DNA of 64,000 bases from Candidatus Bathyarchaeia archaeon (GCA_050010755.1 JBEKKK010000001.1:1120001-1184000), one strand, 5' to 3'. Positions 50,920-60,693 are shown, numbered from the stretch's first letter. A program made the numbers and translations. Notes: generated by a model from the letters alone, not told the origin.

Positions 50920-51522
50920 ATGACTCAAGACCTAACAGGAACTGAGAAGAAGAGGAAAGTCGCGTGGGGGATCACGGGCAGCGGGGACAGATTGCCCGAA
51001 ACAATCGGCGTCATGAAGGAGCTGAAAGAAGAGTATCAGGATAGAGTAAGCCTGGGGGTTTATCTTTCGAAGGCTGGAGAACAGGTCGTCAGATGGTACA
51101 AGCTTTATGAACAGTTGAAACAGGATTTCGGAAAGGTCTGGGTTGAACTCAACTCGAACTCGCCGTTTCTTGCCGGCGATCTTGAGCTTGGAAAATTCGA
51201 GTTCTTGTTGATTGCTCCCGCAACTTCGAACACCGTGGCAAAGATTGCAGCGGGAATAACTGACACGTTACTCTGCAACTCGGCAATCATGGCTTTGAAA
51301 GCTTTCGTCCCAGTCTATGTCATGCCAAGTGATTACAAGGAAGGAACGGTGGTTACGAAGCTTCCTGACTGGAAGGATCTCAAGCTGAGAGTAAGGAAAG
51401 AAGACGCAGAAAATACGAGAAAACTGTCTCTCATGGAAAACGTGTTCGTGCTTGAAAAACCAGAAGACATCGGCCATGTCTTCAAAAAGCATCTGGACAA
51501 GATAAGCTGGAATGAGAGCTGA
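50920..51522 (+). CDS. afpA: Archaeoflavoprotein AfpA
   Basis: VAWGITGSG, YLSKAGEQV, NSPFLAG, APATSNTVAKI. Confidence 0.85.
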   Translation: MTQDLTGTEKKRKVAWGITGSGDRLPETIGVMKELKEEYQDRVSLGVYLSKAGEQVVRWYKLYEQLKQDFGKVWVELNSNSPFLAGDLELGKFEFLLIAPATSNTVAKIAAGITDTLLCNSAIMALKAFVPVYVMPSDYKEGTVVTKLPDWKDLKLRVRKEDAENTRKLSLMENVFVLEKPEDIGHVFKKHLDKISWNES

Positions 51523-51802
51523 GCCCAAAACAATGAATTTTGCACTGCTCATCGTTCCATTGGCGGCCGGCATCTTTGTCGGCTATTTCTTGCGCGAGAA
51601 GAGGAAAATCAATCTCGGCAAAGCCACGCTGGGGATAATTCTTGTCTTGATATTTGCGCTTGGTTTTGGAATAGGTTCAAACAGTGAACTGTTGAGTTCG
51701 CTGCCCGATGTTGGATTGAGCGGCGCTGTAATCGCTTCGCTTGCCATAGTGTTCAGTATTATCTTTGTCAAAGCAATCAGACGAAAGGCTGGTTTAGAAT
51801 GA
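51512..51802 (+). CDS. LysO/DUF340 N-terminal-like small membrane protein
   Basis: 3 TM, LIFALGFGIGSN; overlaps the next gene by ATGA. Confidence 0.7.
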   Translation: MRAEPKTMNFALLIVPLAAGIFVGYFLREKRKINLGKATLGIILVLIFALGFGIGSNSELLSSLPDVGLSGAVIASLAIVFSIIFVKAIRRKAGLE

Positions 51803-52431
51803 TAAAGTACATTCTAACCGCTTTAGTGCTTGGAGGTGTTGCAGGCTATCTGAACGCAAATTGGGCGACCGTCGTCGACAGCTTCTGGGTTTCGGATTAT
51901 TTACTCAATGCCTCACTTTTGCTGTTGCTGTTCGTTATGGGAGTTATATTTGCGATGGACAAAGACTCCATTTCTAAGATAAGACGCACAGGGTTTAGGA
52001 TACTGATTGTTCCATTGGCAATTGTGTTAGGCACCATTCTGAGCGGTGTGATCAGCGCACTAATTCTAGGCATCAACGTGGTTGCGACGACGGCGGTGAG
52101 CGCGGGGTTTGGTTGGTACACGTTGGCAGGTCCTCTTGTGAGCCAGATATTCGGAGCAAAGTGGGCAGCTTTGGGCTTTGCCGCAAACTTTCTGAGAGAA
52201 TTGTTCACCATACTCACCGCTTCTGTGATGGTCAAGGTTGACAAATACGCTCCGACCGCTTCAGGCGGTGCAACAGCCATGGACACTACGCTGCCTATAA
52301 TTGTGCGTTATTGTGGCTCTGACGCTCTGATTACGGCGTTCTCAAGCGGCTTTGTACTGAGCGTGATAGCTCCTTTCATGATAGTAGCGATTGCTTCGCT
52401 GGGCCATGTTCCCATCCCGCTATTCTTATAA
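51799..52431 (+). CDS. LysO/DUF340 family exporter
   Basis: GFGWYTLAG, NFLRE, GGATAMDTTLP. Confidence 0.88.
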   Translation: MIKYILTALVLGGVAGYLNANWATVVDSFWVSDYLLNASLLLLLFVMGVIFAMDKDSISKIRRTGFRILIVPLAIVLGTILSGVISALILGINVVATTAVSAGFGWYTLAGPLVSQIFGAKWAALGFAANFLRELFTILTASVMVKVDKYAPTASGGATAMDTTLPIIVRYCGSDALITAFSSGFVLSVIAPFMIVAIASLGHVPIPLFL

Positions 52432-52450
52432 ATTCACGGCATTTTAATGG

Positions 52451-53242
52451 ATGTTCATGCAAGCAGAAATCGGAATAATCGGGGGAACAGGCTTCTACGA
52501 TCCGCATCTCGTCAAGAAGGGCATGGAAACCAGGCTTGACACACCGTATGGGCCGCCTTCTGACTTGATCGTGGTTGGAGAATTGAACGACAGAAAGGTG
52601 GCATTTTTGCCGCGGCATGGAAAGAAGCACACGATAAGACCCACCGACGTTAATTCGAGAGCCAACATACACGCGTTGAAAGAACTGGGCGTTCAACGAA
52701 TTCTGGCTCCTTCGACTGTCGGATCTTTGAGGGAAGAGTATAAGCCTGGAGACCTTGTGTTCGTTGATCAATTCATAGATCGGACGACGAGAAGGGAAGA
52801 GTCTTTCTACACGGGATCGAAGGTCTGCCACATTTCAGTGGCTGAACCTACGTGTCCCGATTTGAGAAAGATTCTGGTAGAAGTTGCTGAGGAAATGAGC
52901 ATCAGTTATCACAGAACTGGAACCTACGTATGCATAGAGGGGCCGAGATTTTCAACGAAGGCTGAGTCCAAGATGTTCAGGAACTGGGGAGCCGACGTGG
53001 TGGGCATGACCCTCGTTCCCGAATGCGTTTTGGCTCGCGAAGCAGAAATATGCTACGCATCGATCGCGACCGTAACTGACTATGACGTTTGGAAAGATAA
53101 TCCAGTAAGTGCTGGCGAAGTGGCTAGGACTATGAAGAAGAACATCGAGAAGGTCAAGAATCTCGTCGTGGAAGCAACGGCGAGAATACCGAAGGAACGA
53201 ACGTGCGAGTGCAAGGATGCATTGAAAAGCGCATCAGTGTGA
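52451..53242 (+). CDS. mtnP: 5'-methylthioadenosine phosphorylase
   Basis: IGIIGGTG, FLPRHG, EGPRFSTKAES, VGMT, TDYD. Confidence 0.93.
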   Translation: MFMQAEIGIIGGTGFYDPHLVKKGMETRLDTPYGPPSDLIVVGELNDRKVAFLPRHGKKHTIRPTDVNSRANIHALKELGVQRILAPSTVGSLREEYKPGDLVFVDQFIDRTTRREESFYTGSKVCHISVAEPTCPDLRKILVEVAEEMSISYHRTGTYVCIEGPRFSTKAESKMFRNWGADVVGMTLVPECVLAREAEICYASIATVTDYDVWKDNPVSAGEVARTMKKNIEKVKNLVVEATARIPKERTCECKDALKSASV

Positions 53243-53267
53243 AAATGCATTATCAATTAAGAGTGAG

Positions 53268-53801
53268 GTGCCAGGTTTGAATCTTAAGTCGAAGATAAGA
53301 AGAATATCCGAGTTCAAGGGCGTCGTTTTCTGGGACATAACGCCGCTTTTGAAAGATAAGGATGCCTTCAGAGAATGCATCAAGCAGATGGCGAACCACT
53401 TCAGAACGAAGAAAATAGACTTGGTGGCTTCGAACGAGGCCAGAGGCTTCATAATCGGCGGCGCTCTGGCGTACGAACTCGGAGCCGGTTTCGTCCCCAT
53501 TAGAAAGAAGGGAAAATTACCTTCAAAAGTGGTGAATCTAACCTATAGCAAGGAATACGAATCGGACACGATAGAGATGCACCACGATGCGGTTCAACCA
53601 GGCCAGAAAGTGCTGCTCGTTGACGACTTGCTGGCAACGGGGGGAACCATTAAGGCAAACGCCGAGTTGGTTGAGAGACTCGGCGGAAAAATCGTCGGCA
53701 TGGGCTTTCTGGTAGAGTTGGGGTATCTGCACGGAAGAGAAAGCCTTGGAAAAAAGTATGATATATTCTCTCTCGTAAACTATGAAACGACGACTGGATA
53801 A
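53268..53801 (+). CDS. apt: Adenine phosphoribosyltransferase
   Basis: DITPLL, EARGF, RKKGKLP, VDDLLATGGT. Confidence 0.93.
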   Translation: MPGLNLKSKIRRISEFKGVVFWDITPLLKDKDAFRECIKQMANHFRTKKIDLVASNEARGFIIGGALAYELGAGFVPIRKKGKLPSKVVNLTYSKEYESDTIEMHHDAVQPGQKVLLVDDLLATGGTIKANAELVERLGGKIVGMGFLVELGYLHGRESLGKKYDIFSLVNYETTTG

Positions 53802-53843
53802 ACTCAAATAATCCTTGCACTAATCTCATTGAGGAGGGTAAGG

Positions 53844-54680
53844 ATGGACAAAATTCCTCTCTACCATGTAGATGCTTTTACGACAGAACCATTTGCAGGC
53901 AACCCCGCGGCCGTTTGCATCTTGGAAAAACCTTACAAGGACAACGTGCTCAAGTCAATCGCTGCGGAAATGAACCTTTCAGAAACTGCCTTTCTTCAAA
54001 AGCTCGAGCAGAAGCACATTGAAGACTCACGGTTGTTTTCTCTCAGATGGTTCACGCCACAGACGGAAGTGAATCTCTGTGGCCACGCGACTCTTGCAAC
54101 TGCCGCGGTCTTGTTTCATGAAATCAAGCTGAGAGCAACAGAAGTGTCCTTCGAAACAAGAAGCGGAACACTAACAGCAAGACTTGAGGACAACGGAATC
54201 CTCTTGGATTTCCCAAAAGACGAAACCACGCCATTCTACCCAAGCCAAAGCATCTTGGAAGCCCTTGGTATCAGCGATTTCACGAGCGCATACTACTCTA
54301 GAAAGAGTGGCTATCTTCTGATTTTAATGCCAACCGAACAGAACATTAGGAATTTGAAGCCCGACTTCGAACATCTCAAATCTGCTGAAACAAAAGACAA
54401 GATAGCAGGAGTCATCGTCACATCAAGAGGTAGCGCCCCATACGATTTCGTCTCGCGCTTTTTCGCGCCTTGGCTTGGTATAAACGAAGACCCAGTTACT
54501 GGGTCAGCCCACGCGACGTTGTGCGGGTACTGGTCAAAAGCACTGGGAAAAAAGGAGATGCAGGCTTATCAAGCCTCACAAAGAGGAGGACAACTCACTG
54601 TTAAAGTTCTCTCAACCGACAGAGTCGGACTAATCGGCAATGCTGTCGTCGTTTCCAAAGGAGAATTATATCTGCAATAA
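53844..54680 (+). CDS. PhzF-family isomerase
   Basis: VDAF..FAGNPAAV, EMNLSETAF, EVNLCGHAT, EDPVTGSAH. Confidence 0.93.
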   Translation: MDKIPLYHVDAFTTEPFAGNPAAVCILEKPYKDNVLKSIAAEMNLSETAFLQKLEQKHIEDSRLFSLRWFTPQTEVNLCGHATLATAAVLFHEIKLRATEVSFETRSGTLTARLEDNGILLDFPKDETTPFYPSQSILEALGISDFTSAYYSRKSGYLLILMPTEQNIRNLKPDFEHLKSAETKDKIAGVIVTSRGSAPYDFVSRFFAPWLGINEDPVTGSAHATLCGYWSKALGKKEMQAYQASQRGGQLTVKVLSTDRVGLIGNAVVVSKGELYLQ

Positions 54681-54735
54681 TGGAAAACATAAATTCGAAC
54701 AGCGGTCGCTCGCACCTTCAGCCGGGGGAGTTCTT

Positions 54736-55524
54736 TTGATCCACGTCCGTCTTATCCACTGGAACGCCACAGAAGCCAAACGAAAAGCATCGATTCTAGA
54801 GTCAGCGGGTTACGAAGTGGACTACGAGCTGATTGCTCCTAAGGTGCTTGGAGAATTGAGGAATAACCCTCCTGCCGCCGTAATTATCGACCTGTCGAGG
54901 CTTCCCAGCCAAGGGCGCGACATGGCCATAAATATCCGGCACGCCAAAGCCACACGCAACATTCCCATAATCTTCGTTGAAGGCGACCCACAAAAAGTGA
55001 GCCAAATCAAAACCCACGTTCCCGAAGCTCTCTACACAGACTACAATCAAATTCAGAGAGTGATGAAAGAAGCCGTGGCGCATCCGCCAAAAGTGACGCT
55101 GATCCCGAAAGACATATTCGAGCCATACAAACACACGCCAGTCGCAAAGAAACTCGGCATCAAACCAAATTCCACACTAGCACTTATCAACCCGCCAGAA
55201 GGCTTCACAAAGACCTTGGGCCCATTAACACAAGGAGTCACAATACAAGAACCACCCTTTCACCGATCAGATCTAGTCATATTTTTTACCAAAACACAAG
55301 AAGACCTCCAGAACCGCATAGTTAAGACGGCCTCTGAGCTTGAACCGAATGGAAAACTGTGGATAGTCTGGCCAAAGAAAGCGTCACAAACAACCGCCAA
55401 CCTAACGCAAGGCACGGTACGCAAAACGGGTCTCGCTCTAGGTCTGGTGGACTACAAGGTGTGCAGCATTGACCCAACATGGACGGGATTGCTGTTCGCA
55501 CGACGCAAACCCAGGAAAACTTGA
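54736..55524 (+). CDS. Atypical receiver-like domain fused to a DUF3052-like domain
   Basis: PAAVIIDL...NIPIIFV; KKLGIKP...LWIVWPKK...GLVDYKVCSIDPTWTG; TTG start after GGGGGAG. Confidence 0.7.
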   Translation: MIHVRLIHWNATEAKRKASILESAGYEVDYELIAPKVLGELRNNPPAAVIIDLSRLPSQGRDMAINIRHAKATRNIPIIFVEGDPQKVSQIKTHVPEALYTDYNQIQRVMKEAVAHPPKVTLIPKDIFEPYKHTPVAKKLGIKPNSTLALINPPEGFTKTLGPLTQGVTIQEPPFHRSDLVIFFTKTQEDLQNRIVKTASELEPNGKLWIVWPKKASQTTANLTQGTVRKTGLALGLVDYKVCSIDPTWTGLLFARRKPRKT

Positions 55525-55542
55525 AACGAGCACGGCGATTTT

Positions 55543-55642
55543 TGGTGCGGTCGCCGGGATTTGAACCCGGGATCGCAAGCTTGGAAGGCTTACACTGGCC
55601 TTTGGAGGCTTTGTGTCCTAAACCAGTCTAGACGACGACCGC
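55543..55642 (-). tRNA. tRNA-Gly(TCC) with a 21-nt intron at 29/30 (55590-55610) and encoded CCA
   Basis: GCGGTCG/CGACCGC acceptor, CAAGC/GCTTG anticodon stem after splicing, CCGGG-TTCAAAT-CCCGG; ACAC/GTGT central helix with 3-nt bulges. Confidence 0.93.
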
Positions 55643-55689
55643 CTTTTTCAGCATTAGATTAGGATGGGGGTGTAGATAAGATTTCTTTC

Positions 55690-56373
55690 TTATCTATGGG
55701 GTTTCTCGTCTGGCTTGAAGAGACTCTTCTCGTGTTTGGGTCTTGGCTTGAAGCTGCCGTGATACTTCGGCATAGTGGTTCTTTGGCGTTCTAGATTCTT
55801 TATTCTGGCGTAGAGTTTTGAGACCTTGGTCTTAGACGGCGTTTTGGGCTTCGGAATCCTCACGCGAACGGGCGTGAACGGCTTGATCTCGCTGCTGAGA
55901 CTCTTTCTTTTCATGGGCACTTCTCTGACCTTTTTGAAGACGACGTAGCCTTCTTTCGGGTTCACTTCTCGAACTTCCCAGCCCGCCTCCAACCAGCCTT
56001 TGGCATGGGGACTGCTGGGCAGGTTGCTCCACCATTCTTCGCTGCGGTAGGCGCTCATGGGCAAGTTCTCTCCGATTATTCCATCGATGCGAGCAAAACT
56101 GAGCTTGACTCTGTTCGTGAAAGCACCTCGGAACTTCAGATAGCCAGTCAATCCTCCGTATCGCGAAACGCTTCTCGGGGCAACAGTCCTTCTCGCGCAA
56201 TTCAGGCAAAGCAGCTTCGTCGGGTCGCCCGTCGACACGTCAGGAACCATGCAGTCTCTGCAGTAGAGTCGCCCACATCTCTGACAGCGTCTGAGATAAC
56301 TGTACGAGAGAACCCTACCGCATAGCCCACACTCGTCCTTAAACGGCATTCCAACCACTATGCTCTCAAACAC
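55690..56373 (-). CDS. Zinc-finger protein with a conserved WWSN/W-rich domain and basic tail
   Basis: CGLC, CQRC, CRDC, CLNC; LSFARIDGIIG..LP.SAY...WWSN...WLEAGW. Confidence 0.75.
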   Translation of the reverse strand: MFESIVVGMPFKDECGLCGRVLSYSYLRRCQRCGRLYCRDCMVPDVSTGDPTKLLCLNCARRTVAPRSVSRYGGLTGYLKFRGAFTNRVKLSFARIDGIIGENLPMSAYRSEEWWSNLPSSPHAKGWLEAGWEVREVNPKEGYVVFKKVREVPMKRKSLSSEIKPFTPVRVRIPKPKTPSKTKVSKLYARIKNLERQRTTMPKYHGSFKPRPKHEKSLFKPDEKPHR

Positions 56374-56488
56374 TAGGTTCTATCTTATGCAGAAGCTTTT
56401 GATATAGACTTCGCCAAACCGCGAGGGTGGTAAAAAGGGATCGCAAAATTTATAGATTCTAACTGACGAAAACAAGCTGAGGGTCTCA

Positions 56489-56869
56489 TTGCTTTTCAGT
56501 GAATATCTGCATGAAAAAGCAGAAGAGTCTAGGCATAACGAAACCATCAGCTACATGATAATCATCATCGGCTAAGTGTTCTTTGTAGGCGGACTTGTCG
56601 AAACAATAATAACAGCCGAATTGAGCGATGTGGGTCCAAACTGGTTTCTGATATTTCCGTCCCACTTTACGCTAAATCCGGACAGTCTTCTAGGCACGTC
56701 TTTGACTCTGTGGGCATTGCCCTAATCATTCTGGGAATAGTGTTTGTAACGCACTACGCCAGAGAGGTCATGGTACATGAGAGAGCTTCAAAAGGCACAT
56801 TCCGTGGAAGAGCAGAAACTGAGGACAGAAAAAGGACGAGCCCAACCTGAGCAGCCGAGGCAAGAATAA
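56489..56869 (+). pseudogene. Decayed small membrane-protein gene
   Basis: Coherent reading (FSEYLHEKAEESRHNETI...FFVGGLVET...GIALIILGIVF...SWYMRELQKAH) broken by TAA at 56573-56575 and two frameshifts (about 56710 and 56765). Confidence 0.65.
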
Positions 56870-56898
56870 CTGCGGCTGGGCCCTTGTTTGGAGTCTAT

Positions 56899-58377
56899 CT
56901 AGCCTTTCACGACTGCTATAGGAACTAGCCTAGCAACTTTAGTGGCTATGCCAGCCTTGTCGCTCACGTCCACGACGATGTCAACGTTCTTGTAGGCTGG
57001 ATCTGCTTCTTCGGCCAAGACCACTGGGCTTGCAGCTCGAACGTATATTCCTCTTCTTTCCATGGCCTTCTTGATGTCTCCGCCGTAGAATTTTCTTTTT
57101 GCGGCGCTTCGGCTCATCATGCGGCCGGCGCCGTGGGCTGTGGAGCCGAAGCTCACCTGCATGGCCTGTTCACGGCCAACTAGGAGCCAGGAGCTTGTGC
57201 CCATGCTTCCGGGGATGAGCACAGGCTGACCTACGGCTCGGTAATCTGCGGGTATTTCCGGGTGCCCAGGCGGGAACGCTCGTGTCGCGCCCTTTCTGTG
57301 AACCCAGACCTTCTTCTGGCCCCCGTTGACTCTGTGAGTCTCTATTTTGGCAATGTTGTGAGCGACGTCGTAGACAAGTTTCAACCCAAACTTCTCGGGT
57401 TTTTCTCTGAAGACCTGCTGAAAACTCTGGCGAACCCAGTGAAGGATCGCCTGTCGGTTGACGAATGCGTAGTTGACCGCGCACGCCATGGCCTGATAGT
57501 AATCTTCCGCCTCTTGGCTTTTTCCAGGTGCACAGGCAAGCTCCCTGTCTGGGAGAACTATTTTGTACTTTTCAATTGCCCTCTCCATGACTCGCAGGTA
57601 GTCTGAGCAAACCTGATGGCCGAAGCCTCTTGAGCCGCAGTGAATCATAACGGCGACTTGGCCTTCATGCTCCAGCCCGAAAACCTTGGCCGTGCGCTCA
57701 TCGACTATTTTGTCCACTTTCTGGATTTCCAAGAAGTGGTTTCCAGAACCAAGAGTGCCAATCTGCGTTAATCCCCTGCTTTTTGCGTTGGAAGAGACCT
57801 TGGCAGGGTTGGCGTTTTTCATGCAACCGTTCTCTTCGCAGTGTTCAGCATCCTCGGGCCAGCCCAGTCCCTTGTCAATCGCCCATGGGACCCCTCTCGT
57901 TGTAAGCGTATCCAGATCGTGTTGCGACACTTGGAAGTCTTTCCGACGGCTTCCAAGTCCGCAGGGGACGTTTTTGAAAATGGCCTCGGCGAGTTGGCCG
58001 AGCTTCGGTCGAATGTCTTGTTCAGAAAGGTTCGTCGTGACCAGGCGGACACCGCAGTTGATGTCGTAGCCTACTCCGCCCGGACTTATCACGCCTTCTT
58101 CATAGTCTGTTGCGGCTACGCCGCCTATCGGGAAACCATATCCTTCATGTCCGTCTGGCAGAGTTATTGAGTACTTGTATATGCCTGGCAAGTGCGCAAC
58201 GTTCACGCATTGCTGCAGGGTTCTGTCGGTCTGCATCTTGTCCAACAACTCTCTGTTAGCTAGGACCAGGCCGGTGACCTTCATACCAGGCTTGTACTTC
58301 GGAATGCGCCAAGAACAATCATCTATCTTTTCAAGTGGAACTCTCTCGGATGGCCCATGGCCTCCTCCTTCTTCCAT
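56899..58377 (-). CDS. rtcB: tRNA-splicing ligase RtcB
   Basis: PDGHEGYGFPIGG, GYDINCG, GSGNHF, HCGSRG, HN, HRKGAT, HGAGR. Confidence 0.97.
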   Translation of the reverse strand: MEEGGGHGPSERVPLEKIDDCSWRIPKYKPGMKVTGLVLANRELLDKMQTDRTLQQCVNVAHLPGIYKYSITLPDGHEGYGFPIGGVAATDYEEGVISPGGVGYDINCGVRLVTTNLSEQDIRPKLGQLAEAIFKNVPCGLGSRRKDFQVSQHDLDTLTTRGVPWAIDKGLGWPEDAEHCEENGCMKNANPAKVSSNAKSRGLTQIGTLGSGNHFLEIQKVDKIVDERTAKVFGLEHEGQVAVMIHCGSRGFGHQVCSDYLRVMERAIEKYKIVLPDRELACAPGKSQEAEDYYQAMACAVNYAFVNRQAILHWVRQSFQQVFREKPEKFGLKLVYDVAHNIAKIETHRVNGGQKKVWVHRKGATRAFPPGHPEIPADYRAVGQPVLIPGSMGTSSWLLVGREQAMQVSFGSTAHGAGRMMSRSAAKRKFYGGDIKKAMERRGIYVRAASPVVLAEEADPAYKNVDIVVDVSDKAGIATKVARLVPIAVVKG

Positions 58378-58448
58378 TTTTTCACCTGTTGACTAGCACA
58401 AAAAGTAGCTAAGCGCAAATATAAACGATTTCGATTCTTGCAGACATA

Positions 58449-59372
58449 TTATGAGGGGTGGCCACGGCTCTGCGCAAACTGCATGAACCCCTCTATACTA
58501 TTGGTGAGAACGGTTTCGTTCAACACTTGGTGAGTGTCGATGAATTTTACGACTTTCCGAATCTGCGGATCATTCTCAATGATGTTTTGGCGCACCTGTT
58601 CTAGGCTCTGCTTTTCCTGTACTCCACGCTGGGCAATTTTATCCCAAAGCCGCAACTGTTGAGCGTATGCCTTGAGCTTTCCAAAGGGGTCGGGGGCGTC
58701 CCCAAAGTGGCTGTAGTAGAGAGCCTTCGGTTTCAGGCCTGTCAGCTTGTCCAAGGCTTCTAGGGCAGCGTCCAGACGAAAGGGCGCAGGTGTCGTTGGT
58801 ATAATTGCATCGAATTCTCTCAAGTAAATGCCAGCTGCATCTCCAGGAAAGACTCCGCCGCCCGCAGTCTCGTAGTAGCTCTGATGATGTGAAGCATGAC
58901 CGAGAGTCTCCACGACTCTTAGGTTAACGTTTTCTCCAAGGCTGAAGGTCTCGCCGTTCTCTGTTGCAATAATCCTTTCAGGCGGAACAGGTTCAGGCTT
59001 CCCATACAATTCTGTTATATTCCCAAGAACCAACTTCGACTGTTGCCAAAGCTTCTCAGGATTGGCCAAATGAGGTGCCCCTCTCGGGTGCACGATAACC
59101 TTAGCGTTGGGTAGACTCTTCAACAGGGTTCCAGCACCTCCAGCATGGTCGAGGTGGATGTGGGAAACTGCAACGTATGTAACATCTTCCAGTTTGACGC
59201 CCAGTTTATTGAGACCGGCCAGAAGGTTGAGCACTGAAGAAGTAGGACCTGTCTCGATTACTGCAGCTTTTCTTCCTTTCAGAACGTAGCTCGCGATGAA
59301 GCTTTCGAAGCCAGCCGTTTCAAGATCAATCAATCCTACATGCTCATCAAGCTTTGTCACACGCATCTGCAA
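58449..59372 (-). CDS. Metallo-beta-lactamase-fold hydrolase
   Basis: HIHLDHAGG, GHASHH, GDAAG, HFG. Confidence 0.9.
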   Translation of the reverse strand: MQMRVTKLDEHVGLIDLETAGFESFIASYVLKGRKAAVIETGPTSSVLNLLAGLNKLGVKLEDVTYVAVSHIHLDHAGGAGTLLKSLPNAKVIVHPRGAPHLANPEKLWQQSKLVLGNITELYGKPEPVPPERIIATENGETFSLGENVNLRVVETLGHASHHQSYYETAGGGVFPGDAAGIYLREFDAIIPTTPAPFRLDAALEALDKLTGLKPKALYYSHFGDAPDPFGKLKAYAQQLRLWDKIAQRGVQEKQSLEQVRQNIIENDPQIRKVVKFIDTHQVLNETVLTNSIEGFMQFAQSRGHPS

Positions 59373-59846
59373 ATCATCTGCTCAGTTTCTCCTGAACCCT
59401 AGCATCGACAGACCGATTAAAGTTTTCGTCGAAAAATTCGTAATGATTGACTGGGCATAACTTGATAAGGAACATGAACCGAGCAAAGCAAGGATTGCTG
59501 CAATAGGTTTGTGCGGTGCCATCGTGCGTGAGCGTAGGCTGAGCCGAAGCCGTTTATCGCGCCTTCACATCATTGAAAGAAATAATCCTGAAATCGTCGG
59601 CAGATGAGACGGGCACGCGTAGAGTGGGTTTACATGTCGTTATGAGTGAATTCTGATTCTGAACAGAGCCTGTTGGGAGCTTCATTCGCAAAACGCAGTC
59701 TCCGTCCAGCCTTATTCTGGAAAAATTTTTTTTCTCGCATCAAAAACCGAGCCCAAACTCAAGGTCACCATTCTCAGCATCCAAAACCACGCCTTCCCAA
59801 ATTGTTTAACTAGCCTTCGCTGGCTGCGGGACTGTGGTGATGTTTG

Positions 59847-60077
59847 TTACTTGTGGGGCTTCTTTCTTGGCTCCTGCTCTTGATCAGCTGTTGGTTCCTC
59901 TGCGCCAAGCAGCATTCTCAGCGACTTTACTTCCTCTCTCAGCATGCCGACCTCGCTCTCAAGAGCCTTGGCCTTTGAGTCTGCCATTTTCTTGAGTTCC
60001 TCGATTTCTAGTAAAAGATTTTTGCGTTCGTTCTCTAAGGTTCTGAGCTTTTCCACAATGCTCTTGAAACCGCTCAT
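59847..60077 (-). CDS. Small coiled-coil protein
   Basis: Continuous heptad pattern; purine-rich RBS-like tract upstream. Confidence 0.75.
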   Translation of the reverse strand: MSGFKSIVEKLRTLENERKNLLLEIEELKKMADSKAKALESEVGMLREEVKSLRMLLGAEEPTADQEQEPRKKPHK

Positions 60078-60167
60078 TGATTCCAGTGTCCCTTCTCCCC
60101 TTTCTTATGTCATAGTAGCCATTCGGCTGCATATTAAGATTTTGAGGTCAGGTTCTTGGATGATTTC

Positions 60168-60605
60168 TCATATGTCAAGGATGAATTTCAGCGTCACTCT
60201 TCCTGGCTTTTCGAGAATTTCCATGCGGTGATAGGTGACGGCTTTGACGGCCACCTTCTGGAGGTGTTTTTTCGCGTTGAATTTTTCTCCCCAAATCTTG
60301 GCGATAAGTTTGAGGTCACTTGCAGTTCTTGTGATTTCTAGAATTTTGAATTTGGAGTAGAGCATCTGTTTTGTTTCAGACTTTATTAGCAGTGCCTCGA
60401 GCCAACTGTAGAGCAGGCTGTATTCGTCTTCGCCTTCAGCCGTGACTGAATCTTCAAGCCTAGGATCTACGGTTTTCACTTCGGTCATTACATCGAACAT
60501 TGCGACTGCAGCGTTTTCGAAAGCCTCTGCCAAATTCCCGCCGTAGGCGGCGACGTAAGCATCTGCAGTGTGCTCTAGAAATTCATAGCGTTTATTTTCG
60601 TCCAA
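60168..60605 (-). CDS. Archease
   Basis: YEFLEHTAD, VKAVTYH, C-terminal LDI. Confidence 0.95.
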   Translation of the reverse strand: MDENKRYEFLEHTADAYVAAYGGNLAEAFENAAVAMFDVMTEVKTVDPRLEDSVTAEGEDEYSLLYSWLEALLIKSETKQMLYSKFKILEITRTASDLKLIAKIWGEKFNAKKHLQKVAVKAVTYHRMEILEKPGRVTLKFILDI

Positions 60606-60669
60606 CCGTCTGACCGTGAGAATAATGAGGCAGTCGGTTTTAAAACACTTTTCAAATAGCGCGTGCTTT

Positions 60670-60688
60670 CAAAATAAAAAAGGGAGAT
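60670..60688 (-). terminator. Oligo-T terminator after the surface-protein gene
   Basis: Minus strand reads ATCTCCCTTTTTTATTTTG right after the stop codon. Confidence 0.5.
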
Positions 60689-60693
60689 GGTGG

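Noticed and set aside
51512-52431. LysO split as a frameshifted pseudogene
   Set aside because: The clean ATGA stop/start overlap indicates two translationally coupled genes.
56573-56575. In-frame stop as Sec/Pyl recoding
   Set aside because: The codon is TAA and is accompanied by frameshifts.
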